Assembly (NCBI GenBank): GCA_913031595.1
Contig: CAJWCP010000001.1
Coordinates: 4,782-68,781, forward strand
Direction of reading: 5' to 3'
Length of the DNA stretch: 64,000 nucleotides
Origin: an uncultured Flavobacteriales bacterium
GTDB taxonomy: Bacteria; Bacteroidota; Bacteroidia; Flavobacteriales; BACL11
In this document: positions 39,249 to 47,228 of the stretch, piece after piece
How the letters are laid out: each line of letters opens with the position of its first letter
Numbering within the stretch: position 1 is the first letter of the stretch
Made by a program: the position numbers and the translations under genes
The notes under the pieces: model-generated
Databases searched by the model: none
What the model was told of the DNA's origin: nothing
What the model saw: only the letters and a program-made list of their open reading frames with translations

Positions 39249-41440
39249 TATAATATGTATTTAATAGCTGTAAATATACTTCTTCCATATCCAATAGATG
39301 TCCTGTTAGAGGATCCTTGATGTATGCCAGAAGAGACTCCTATTACATTTATATTCTGTACATCTAGTATATTTTTACAGCCCAAAGACAGTTCTATTTT
39401 GTTTTTATATAATTTTTTAGATAATGTCATGTCTAACATGTGATAATCTCCTATTATTATATCTTCTATATTTCCAGATTCATTCATGCTAAATGAAGAT
39501 AATTCGCCAGTGTATTTATAGAACATAGCTAGCTTCATTTTAAAGCGATTTATATTGAGTAAGAGACTAGATTGATATTCTTTTGAGAAATTATATGGTT
39601 TAACATTTTCATCAGTTGATAGCTGATTAAAACGTCCTATGTATGACATTCCTATATTAAATTTAATAATATCTTTTATAAGTTCTAAGTTTCCTCGGCC
39701 TCCTACAGTACGATATTCACCAATATTTATATAGGTATATTCATCTCCATTTTCTGCTAATGTTATAAGGTTATTTATATCATTATAGAAAGTGTATGTA
39801 GAATATTTAAGGATGTAATCTTCTGCTTTTTTCTTCCAAGAGAAAGAGGATTGATAATTATTAGATTTTTCTGCAATTAGATTTTTATTCCCAAGAATAT
39901 TGTGGTTGATATCTACAAATTCAAAATATAATTCTTTTAATGAAGGAGCTCTGAATCCTTTAGAAAATGAGGTTCTAAAATGCCAGTTATTTATCATGTA
40001 TTTTAAATGAAAAGATGGAATTAGAGGTGCTGTGTATTCTGTATTGTATGTCCATCTTACTCCTGCTCTTAATATTAAGTTTTTTATATCCCATTCATTA
40101 TTAGTATATAAGGCATAATCTCCTTGATTCTTCTTTCTATTTTCAATTCTTTTGCCTGAGGCTTCTTCATAATTTATATCATATCCTATTTCTGTATTGA
40201 TATTTTCTATAATTGGGAAAGAGAAACTCGAACGACTCATCCAATTATTAAATAATATTGTGTCTTGGTCAGACGCGTTTACTGTTAGTTGTTCTTCTAA
40301 TGTAGTTAAATCTTTTAGGTATGTATTTTTGATGCGTTTATAATTATTATGCGAAAGCAGGAAATTTAATTTACTTTTCTCAGAAATAATTAAAGACATA
40401 TCGCTTCCTATATTTTTCCTCCAAGTATAATAGTAGTCATCAAATGCAGATTCAAAATAGGGTGTTCTAGGCATTCCTCTATTAGTTATCTTTTCATAAA
40501 ATCCATCTATAAAAGAACGTGTTTTTATTTTCTTACTATTATATCGATATTCTCCTTTTATAAATAGTTGTTCTTTTGGGTTCCACTGTTTAAATCGATT
40601 AGTGTCTGCAATGGTTTGTTGTGGAATAAATTGAAAATCTTCATTTGGAGACCAGCCATCAAAATAATTTCTACCACCAGTAAGTGAGAATTGGTTTTTC
40701 TTAGAGCCTATATTAATTAGTCCATCTATATTATAATGGCCAACGCTCTCATAATAAGTATTGACCTTATATGTATTATTTGTATATTCTTTACTAATTA
40801 AATTAATAGTTCCTGCTAGAGCATCAGTCCCATAGTTTACTGACAAAGGACCTTCAATAATTTCAATTCGCTCAATATTATTTAAATTAATTTGACTAAT
40901 ATCAATATTACCATCTAGACGACCAATGACAGGTGTTCCATCGATCATTATTTTTATATTTTGACCATCCAAACCTTGTATGCTTAGACTACTTCCTAAT
41001 ATATTATCTTGTGATAAGCGAATATTTATTTCTTGTTCTAGAACATCTTGCAGGGATATTGCACTAAGCATGTCTAAATCTTCTCTATTTATAACACGTA
41101 TGTTATGTATAGCATCTTCCATATTTCTGTTAGATATTTGTGCGGTAACAACTACTTGATCTAAGACACGGTTTTTGTCTGTAAGGTAAATGTTGGTGTC
41201 AGTTTGGATTAAGATAGAATCTGTAAAATCGTTATAATTAATATGCTTAATAATTAATCTAAATTTTTTGCTAGATAATTGTTTTGGAATATTAAAAAGG
41301 CCTTTGTTATTTGTTATGAGTGTAAATTCATTGATTTGAATAGTTGCTTCTCTAATAGGTTCTTTTTTTCGATCAATTATAGTGATTTTTTGGCCATGAA
41401 CGACACTTGTGATAAGTAAGAAAAGAATAATAATTCTCAT
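39248..41440 (-). CDS. TonB-dependent receptor
   Basis: 730 aa with signal peptide, a carboxypeptidase-regulatory-like N-domain, plug motif IERIEIIEGPLSVNYGTDALAGTINLISK and a beta-barrel. Confidence 0.85.
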   Translation of the reverse strand: MRIIILFLLITSVVHGQKITIIDRKKEPIREATIQINEFTLITNNKGLFNIPKQLSSKKFRLIIKHINYNDFTDSILIQTDTNIYLTDKNRVLDQVVVTAQISNRNMEDAIHNIRVINREDLDMLSAISLQDVLEQEINIRLSQDNILGSSLSIQGLDGQNIKIMIDGTPVIGRLDGNIDISQINLNNIERIEIIEGPLSVNYGTDALAGTINLISKEYTNNTYKVNTYYESVGHYNIDGLINIGSKKNQFSLTGGRNYFDGWSPNEDFQFIPQQTIADTNRFKQWNPKEQLFIKGEYRYNSKKIKTRSFIDGFYEKITNRGMPRTPYFESAFDDYYYTWRKNIGSDMSLIISEKSKLNFLLSHNNYKRIKNTYLKDLTTLEEQLTVNASDQDTILFNNWMSRSSFSFPIIENINTEIGYDINYEEASGKRIENRKKNQGDYALYTNNEWDIKNLILRAGVRWTYNTEYTAPLIPSFHLKYMINNWHFRTSFSKGFRAPSLKELYFEFVDINHNILGNKNLIAEKSNNYQSSFSWKKKAEDYILKYSTYTFYNDINNLITLAENGDEYTYINIGEYRTVGGRGNLELIKDIIKFNIGMSYIGRFNQLSTDENVKPYNFSKEYQSSLLLNINRFKMKLAMFYKYTGELSSFSMNESGNIEDIIIGDYHMLDMTLSKKLYKNKIELSLGCKNILDVQNINVIGVSSGIHQGSSNRTSIGYGRSIFTAIKYIL

Positions 41441-41468
41441 TTTCTTTATTACAGAATTTATTTTACTG

Positions 41469-41476
41469 CAAAATTA
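41469..41476 (-). promoter_or_regulatory. -7 promoter element TAATTTTG (possible internal promoter for the TBDR)
   Basis: Reverse complement of caaaatta, lying 28 nt upstream of the ATG at 41440. Confidence 0.35.
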
Positions 41477-41527
41477 AAAACTAAGAACGAAATAACACCT
41501 TTTGTAAGGTTAATTTATATGTGTGTA

Positions 41528-42763
41528 TTATTGTATAATTAATTTTTCCTTTTTGCTTCCTCCATCTATTGTTACAGAAACAATATATACGCCTTTATTA
41601 AAAGAATTTAGGTTAATATCGTATGTTTTTAATCCTCTGTCTATTATAGATTTTGATATTTCTCTACCTCTAACATCAAAGATTTTTAATTCTCCTATAT
41701 TTTTTGCATCAACTATAACTTTAGTTTGATTAATAGCTGGGTTAGGATATATGGAGAAAGAGTTTACTTTATTATTATTGTCAATAATTGAAGTAGAATT
41801 AATAAGTTCTGTATTAAAAGAAATATTTCCTGAGCTTGTCCCTTCAAATTCTGTAAAAACTATTCTATAGATATCATTATTCATATCTTTAATAAAATAA
41901 CATAAGTCATTACTAAGCACGTATCCTTGTGAAAAATCATAATATTTCCAGTCATAACCAATGGTGTTAATTTCAGAGCTGAATGGGTGAGCTGAGTAGT
42001 TTGTATATGTTGACGGATTTGCTATTTGTACTGCCTCAGCAACTTCTATATCACTGTTAGAAAGTACGCCTGTAACACTATAAGGTTGTCCTTGTACAGG
42101 TGTAATGTACTTAGTAAAGGTAATATCCCATGCTGTATTTATAGGCTCTCTATCTTCCACGCTATTATTATCTATTGAATAATAAATAAAATTCTTGTCA
42201 GAGTAATTGTTCTTATTAATAGTCTGAGTAATTAAGTTAGATCCATCTAGATTGGCATGTATAAATGTGTAAATCCCATTGGCAGCTAATTCTTTAATCC
42301 ATATTTTTTTCCAATTACCATTTACTGTTTTAATAATAAAAATAGAATCTCCTGTTACATAATGATTAATCATGTTATAGACGCCCCATCCATAATCTGG
42401 ATGTCCTAATTGGTTGGCATCAAAGGCTCCAATTGTCCAGCTTGTGTCACTATTGTATAATGGTTGACTTAAATTACCTATACTACTATTATTAATGTTT
42501 ACCCAAGCAGAAGTGTCTCCTAATTGGTAGGTATAAAGCTCTACGCCTTGCCCACCGTTCACTCTAATAGAGGCATTAAATGCTTCAGCAGTAAAAGCAA
42601 TATCCCAGTTTATGTTACTTGTATTTACTATTTCCCCATTTGAGAGGCTGTAAAAACTTTGGTTAACATATCCAGAGCTTAAAGATACAGAGTTAGGTGT
42701 CTGAGAATTACTTGATAAGTGAAAAAAAAGAGTAATTATTAATGTTAAAGTATTCCTTTTCAT
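41528..42763 (-). CDS. HmuY-like secreted protein with canonical T9SS type-A C-terminal domain
   Basis: 411 aa with a signal peptide and motifs NWDIAFTAE and AWDITFTKY. The C-terminal ~75 aa (SIYPNPA...KIFDVRGREI...GVYIVSVTIDGGSKKEKLIIQ) match the Por secretion tail pattern. Confidence 0.55.
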   Translation of the reverse strand: MKRNTLTLIITLFFHLSSNSQTPNSVSLSSGYVNQSFYSLSNGEIVNTSNINWDIAFTAEAFNASIRVNGGQGVELYTYQLGDTSAWVNINNSSIGNLSQPLYNSDTSWTIGAFDANQLGHPDYGWGVYNMINHYVTGDSIFIIKTVNGNWKKIWIKELAANGIYTFIHANLDGSNLITQTINKNNYSDKNFIYYSIDNNSVEDREPINTAWDITFTKYITPVQGQPYSVTGVLSNSDIEVAEAVQIANPSTYTNYSAHPFSSEINTIGYDWKYYDFSQGYVLSNDLCYFIKDMNNDIYRIVFTEFEGTSSGNISFNTELINSTSIIDNNNKVNSFSIYPNPAINQTKVIVDAKNIGELKIFDVRGREISKSIIDRGLKTYDINLNSFNKGVYIVSVTIDGGSKKEKLIIQ

Positions 42764-42766
42764 TGA

Positions 42767-43813
42767 TTATTTCGATTTTAATATAATTTTCTTTTCTATT
42801 TTACCATTACTATAAATATAAAACAAAGGAGTGTTGTAAAGCTTTTCTTTACATTCTCTACCAAGAACATCTATTATTTTCACTACTTCTGTATTTTCTA
42901 TTATGTTCTCTATTGTCAAAGCATTATCAAGAGTAAAGTTAATGTTTGCAATACTATCACAACCACTTACAGTAATTAACGAACTATCTACATAGTCTCC
43001 AGATGCAGTTAAAGAAATATTATTCCATGTAATAGTAGGGTCTGATGATACAAGAGTGTCATAACTTATTGTATTAATTGTCGCCATATTCCAATAAGGA
43101 TTCATTGGATCATTCGCCATTACTAGTGTTTCAGTAGTTCCTAGCGTTATTCCGAATGTATCATCTAGTAGTGTTACCGTATGAGTTATAAAGTCATAGA
43201 TATATGATTGTTGACATACACCACAGCTATCCATTATTGAGCTTCCATCTACTATACCGTTACAATCTATTGTACAGTTTGCATTCCAGTAAGGATTCAT
43301 TGGATGATCTGGCATTACTAACATTTCAGTAGCTCCCAGTGTTATACCTGCTGTATCATTTAGTAATGTTACAGCGTGCGTTACAAAGTCATAGATATAT
43401 GCTTGTTGGCAATCTCCACAGTCATCAGTTAATGATGTTCCATTTGCGATACCGTTACAATCTAGATTTCCTGTTTGAATAGATGCAATAATTACTCCTT
43501 TCATTCCCATTCCAACGTGAGGTTGACAAACATAATGATATGTTTGATTATTAGTAGTTATCAAATAGTCTGTTGCTCCAAATCCAAAATTAAATCCTCC
43601 GTTTGAAGTGCTACCATTACTTACATAAGTTGACTGATCTACTTCAACAGCATTATGAGTTGCTCCTAATACAAAATGTATTGTGTCTCCTACATAACAG
43701 TTTACTGTGTCTGGAGAAAAAGTCATGCCTACTGTATTTACAGTATAAGAGTTTTGAGAATATGTTATATTGAATAACAATATGCTTAATAATAGTAGTA
43801 TATGTTTCTTCAT
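42767..43813 (-). CDS. Secreted cupredoxin (plastocyanin/azurin-like type-1 copper) protein with two Cys-rich repeats and a short C-terminal tag
   Basis: 348 aa with a signal peptide. The type-1 Cu ligand pattern is H53 (GATHNAVEV) and C96-x2-H99-x4-M104 (YHYVCQPHVGMGMKG). Two ~65-aa repeats follow, then the C-terminus ...IIDVLGRE...PLFYIYSNGKIEKKIILKSK. Confidence 0.7.
   Translation of the reverse strand: MKKHILLLLSILLFNITYSQNSYTVNTVGMTFSPDTVNCYVGDTIHFVLGATHNAVEVDQSTYVSNGSTSNGGFNFGFGATDYLITTNNQTYHYVCQPHVGMGMKGVIIASIQTGNLDCNGIANGTSLTDDCGDCQQAYIYDFVTHAVTLLNDTAGITLGATEMLVMPDHPMNPYWNANCTIDCNGIVDGSSIMDSCGVCQQSYIYDFITHTVTLLDDTFGITLGTTETLVMANDPMNPYWNMATINTISYDTLVSSDPTITWNNISLTASGDYVDSSLITVSGCDSIANINFTLDNALTIENIIENTEVVKIIDVLGRECKEKLYNTPLFYIYSNGKIEKKIILKSK
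43079..43465 (-). repeat. Tandem in-frame duplication (2 x ~195 nt) encoding a ~65-aa Cys-containing module
   Basis: Amino acids 117-181 are LDCNGIANGTSLTDDCGDCQQAYIYDFVTHAVTLLNDTAGITLGATEMLVMPDHPMNPYWNANCT. Amino acids 182-245 are IDCNGIVDGSSIMDSCGVCQQSYIYDFITHTVTLLDDTFGITLGTTETLVMANDPMNPYWNMAT. Confidence 0.85.
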
Positions 43814-43847
43814 TTTTTTCTTTTTATTAATGTTTTAAAATTGATTG

Positions 43848-43855
43848 CAAAAATA
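43848..43855 (-). promoter_or_regulatory. -7 promoter element TATTTTTG for the cupredoxin operon
   Basis: Reverse complement of caaaaata, lying 34 nt upstream of the ATG at 43813. Confidence 0.4.
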
Positions 43856-43967
43856 TATTTTAAAATTAAAAAGACATACTAAAATTAGTATTATTTAGAA
43901 TTAATCTTAATAAGCAATTGTTGATAAAAGAATATCTTTATATTAGGATATATATTTTTCTGTTAGA

Positions 43968-45707
43968 TTATTCGATAATGATCTTTTTTTCTACTGTTCC
44001 ATCATCATAGATATGAAAGAAGGGCTCATTATTTCTCTCATTGATTTCTTTTCCTAATATATTAATCGTTCTTATAATTTTTTTCTTTGTATTATTAATA
44101 TTATTATAATTAGTATTTACTTCTAAACACACAGCTTCTACTTCAATGTTGTAATAAAAGTAATAATAGCCAGCTTGAGAAGCGCTAGATCCAGTAATGT
44201 TTATTATTTCTCCAATATTATAAGGATAAATAGCTCCTGTGCTATTACGGTAAAGGCCAGAATTATTTGTAGACAACCCTAATTGCATGTCTGTTCCTAT
44301 AGGTACTGTGAAATTTAGTATGACATTTTGTTTTCCTGAAAACACTGTGTGTGTTGTGTCATCTATTACATTGCCATTATTATCTCGAAGTTCAAATGTT
44401 ATAGAGTTTGTATTTTCAGCATATATATCAGCTGATTTAATAATACATGTGTCATTACTATTAAATATTAGATGTTGATCATTATAAAAATATCCACCAG
44501 AGCCTATATTAATATCAGTTGCACCTCCATTAAACAGATTAACATTGGCTAGTGAATTATAATTACTTGCAGATTGGTTTAAACATCCAATAACTGCAGC
44601 TATGCAACTTCCATTATCATGACAAGCTAAACTATCATAATTAATTGCTAAAGGATCAGTACATCCACTAATATAACAGCAGCTTCCATCATCAATAGTT
44701 GCAAGACTAGAGAAATTATAAGCACTAGGATCAGTGCATCCGCAATCGTCACTTAATTTATATTTATATATAGCAATAGGAGAAGTAGGGAAAAAGGAAT
44801 TATTATTTTGCCCTAAAAGAAAATAAGCATCACAACCAATTACAAAACTTCCAGGAGCCCAGATGGCATCTCCAGGGTGAGAAGGTAGTTGATTCCAGGA
44901 ATCATTTGTTGGGTTATATTCCCAGAACTCTCCTTCATCTAGGGGTCCATGATCATCGCCATCTCCACTTAATACATATCCTTTATTATTGTATGAAAAT
45001 TGAGTGCCAGCTACTCTCGCTTCTCCAGGGAAATTAGACATTTGTGTCCAGGAATCATTGTTTGGATTATAGCGATAGAAGTCATTATAAATATATGAAT
45101 TAGCAGAGGGGTTACTTCCAGGTCCAAATACACTTCCATGACCAAATCCTACATATGCATAGTCACCAATTCCAAAATAGAATGGATGGTGTCTATTATT
45201 GCCAATTAGATCAGTTTTTTGTGTCCATGTGTTATTTGTTACATTATACTCCCACCAGTCACCTAAGTTTCCATTGTCATTACTTCCACATCCCATATAG
45301 ATATTATCGTTTACTACAATCATTGCAGGATGATTTCTTCCATCTCCAGGGAAATTTGCTTTTTGTGTCCAGCTGTCATTTATCATGTCATATTCCCACC
45401 AATCTGTTGGATATATTCCATTTGAAGTTGATCCAAATCCTAAATACGCTTTATCTCCTATCGATACTCCATAGGCATAGCCTCTTCCCGTAGAAGGGAA
45501 ATCTTGTAATTGTGTCCAAGTATCGTTTATTTTATCGTATTTATATGCATCAGTAAGATAACTTCCAGATATTACAAATCCATGCTCATTATTTGAAAAT
45601 GTGATTGGATGATGTCTTCCATCAGCAGGAAAATTTGATAATTGTTGCCAGTTCTGGCTAATACCTATTAAAGGTAAAAAAAACAATATAAGCAGTATTT
45701 TTTTCAT
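43968..45707 (-). CDS. Secreted six-bladed Kelch-type beta-propeller protein with Cys-knot repeats, unknown beta-rich domain and short C-terminal tag
   Basis: 579 aa with a signal peptide. Six repeats of the form W[TN]Q...FP..R....... (e.g. DTWTQLQDFPSTGRGYAYG, DSWTQKANFPGDGRNHPAM). It also has three GCxDxxAxNY...DDGSC motifs and the C-terminus INILGKE...PFFHIYDDGTVEKKIIIE. Confidence 0.75.
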   Translation of the reverse strand: MKKILLILFFLPLIGISQNWQQLSNFPADGRHHPITFSNNEHGFVISGSYLTDAYKYDKINDTWTQLQDFPSTGRGYAYGVSIGDKAYLGFGSTSNGIYPTDWWEYDMINDSWTQKANFPGDGRNHPAMIVVNDNIYMGCGSNDNGNLGDWWEYNVTNNTWTQKTDLIGNNRHHPFYFGIGDYAYVGFGHGSVFGPGSNPSANSYIYNDFYRYNPNNDSWTQMSNFPGEARVAGTQFSYNNKGYVLSGDGDDHGPLDEGEFWEYNPTNDSWNQLPSHPGDAIWAPGSFVIGCDAYFLLGQNNNSFFPTSPIAIYKYKLSDDCGCTDPSAYNFSSLATIDDGSCCYISGCTDPLAINYDSLACHDNGSCIAAVIGCLNQSASNYNSLANVNLFNGGATDINIGSGGYFYNDQHLIFNSNDTCIIKSADIYAENTNSITFELRDNNGNVIDDTTHTVFSGKQNVILNFTVPIGTDMQLGLSTNNSGLYRNSTGAIYPYNIGEIINITGSSASQAGYYYFYYNIEVEAVCLEVNTNYNNINNTKKKIIRTINILGKEINERNNEPFFHIYDDGTVEKKIIIE

Positions 45708-45738
45708 GGATTAATGTGTTTTTTGAATATAAATTTTG

Positions 45739-45746
45739 CAAATATA
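45739..45746 (-). promoter_or_regulatory. -7 promoter element TATATTTG for the Kelch gene
   Basis: Reverse complement of caaatata, lying 31 nt upstream of the ATG at 45707. Confidence 0.4.
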
Positions 45747-45797
45747 TTACTTAAAGGATTATGAGTAAAATATATTTATTATATAATTGTTAAATTT

Positions 45798-47156
45798 TTA
45801 TTTTCCGATACAAAATTTACTAAATATGTTACCTAATAGATCATCTGTTGTAATACTGCCTGTTATGCTTCCTAGATGAAATAGAGCTTGACGAATATTT
45901 ATCGTTAATAAATCAGTGCTTATATTTTCATCTAGTCCATTAATAATAGCTTTGATTTCATGTAAAGTTAATTGTAGTTCTTCGTAATGTCTTAGGTTTG
46001 TTATAATTATATCATTATTTGAAATATCTTGAATACTAACAATATTTAGTATTTTTTCTTTTAATTCTTTAATTCCAGTTTTGTTTTTAGCAGATATATA
46101 AGTAGGGTTTTCAATATCACTTTTGAAATTAGAGTTTAAATCAATTTTATTAATTACAACTAGAATGTTGTTTTCTGATATGTTTTTAATCTTTTTAAGT
46201 TGATTTATTTGTTCTTTTGTTTTATTGTTAGCATCAATTAGAAATAATATAATTTCTGCTTTTTTTGCTTTTTCAATAGATTTTTGAATCCCCATTATTT
46301 CAATCGTATCATTAGTATCTCTTATGCCTGCAGTATCAATAAATCGGAATCTAATACCATCAATAATTAGTTCATCTTCAATAGCATCTCGTGTTGTACC
46401 TGCAATTTCAGAGACAATAGCTTTTTCTTCATTAACTAAGGTGTTTAATAGTGTAGATTTCCCTGCATTTGGCGCTCCTATAATTGCAACAGGGATTCCA
46501 TTTTTTATGGCATTACCTAATTTAAAAGAAGTAATAAGTTTTTTTAGTTCTGTTTGAATTATTATTAATAATTGATTGAGTTCTTTTCTATTTGCAAACT
46601 CTACATCCTCTTCAGAGAAGTCAAGTTCTAATTCAATTAATGAAGCAAAATCTATTAGTCTTTTACGTAGCTCTTCTAATGTATTTGAGAATCCTCCTCT
46701 TAGTTGTTTAAGAGCTGTTTTATGCTCTATTTTACTTTTGGATGAAATAAGATCAGCAATTGATTCAGCTTGTGAAAGATCCAATTTTCCATTTTTAAAA
46801 GCACGCATACTAAATTCTCCAGGATTTGCCATACGGCATCCTTTATTAATTAATATTTCTAAAATCTTTTTTTGTATAAATAAAGAGCCATGACATGAGA
46901 TTTCTATTGTTTCTTCTCCTGTAAATGATTTGTTTTTATGAAATACACTTATAATTACCTCATCAATGATTTCATTGTTATCTAAAATTGTTCCAAAGTG
47001 TATTGTGTGTGATTTTACATTTTCAAGATTCTTGCTAAAAATAGTATTTGTAATTTTTATTGAATCTTTTCCTGAAATTCGTATGAGCGCAATAGCACTT
47101 GTGCCTCCTCCTGTTGCTAATGCACAAATAGTATCTTCTTGTATAAAATTATTCAT
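45798..47156 (-). CDS. mnmE: tRNA modification GTPase MnmE
   Basis: The start is placed at MNNFIQEDTICALATGGG, supported by a -7 box 4 nt upstream. It has G-domain GAPNAGKSTLLN and DTAG, and the C-terminal FCIGK motif. Confidence 0.9.
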   Translation of the reverse strand: MNNFIQEDTICALATGGGTSAIALIRISGKDSIKITNTIFSKNLENVKSHTIHFGTILDNNEIIDEVIISVFHKNKSFTGEETIEISCHGSLFIQKKILEILINKGCRMANPGEFSMRAFKNGKLDLSQAESIADLISSKSKIEHKTALKQLRGGFSNTLEELRKRLIDFASLIELELDFSEEDVEFANRKELNQLLIIIQTELKKLITSFKLGNAIKNGIPVAIIGAPNAGKSTLLNTLVNEEKAIVSEIAGTTRDAIEDELIIDGIRFRFIDTAGIRDTNDTIEIMGIQKSIEKAKKAEIILFLIDANNKTKEQINQLKKIKNISENNILVVINKIDLNSNFKSDIENPTYISAKNKTGIKELKEKILNIVSIQDISNNDIIITNLRHYEELQLTLHEIKAIINGLDENISTDLLTINIRQALFHLGSITGSITTDDLLGNIFSKFCIGK

Positions 47157-47160
47157 TGTG

Positions 47161-47168
47161 CAAAAATA
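47161..47168 (-). promoter_or_regulatory. -7 promoter element TATTTTTG, 4 nt upstream of the mnmE ATG
   Basis: The minus strand reads TATTTTTG-CACA-ATG. It lies inside the longer ORF-track version of mnmE. Confidence 0.45.
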
Positions 47169-47228
47169 TTCAAAATCCTTTGTTTGTAAGCATATTGTCG
47201 TAATTTTACACATCAAAATTTTAAATAT

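Noticed and set aside
47157-47216. N-terminal extensions in the ORF track: mnmE 47157-47216, rsfS 23948-23980, paaD 59927-60022, ridA 6318-6347, TolB-like 36878-36901 and imelysin-like 32168-32188.
   Set aside because: The family N-termini begin at the internal ATGs. In several cases a -7 box, a terminator hairpin or the upstream gene lies inside the extension.
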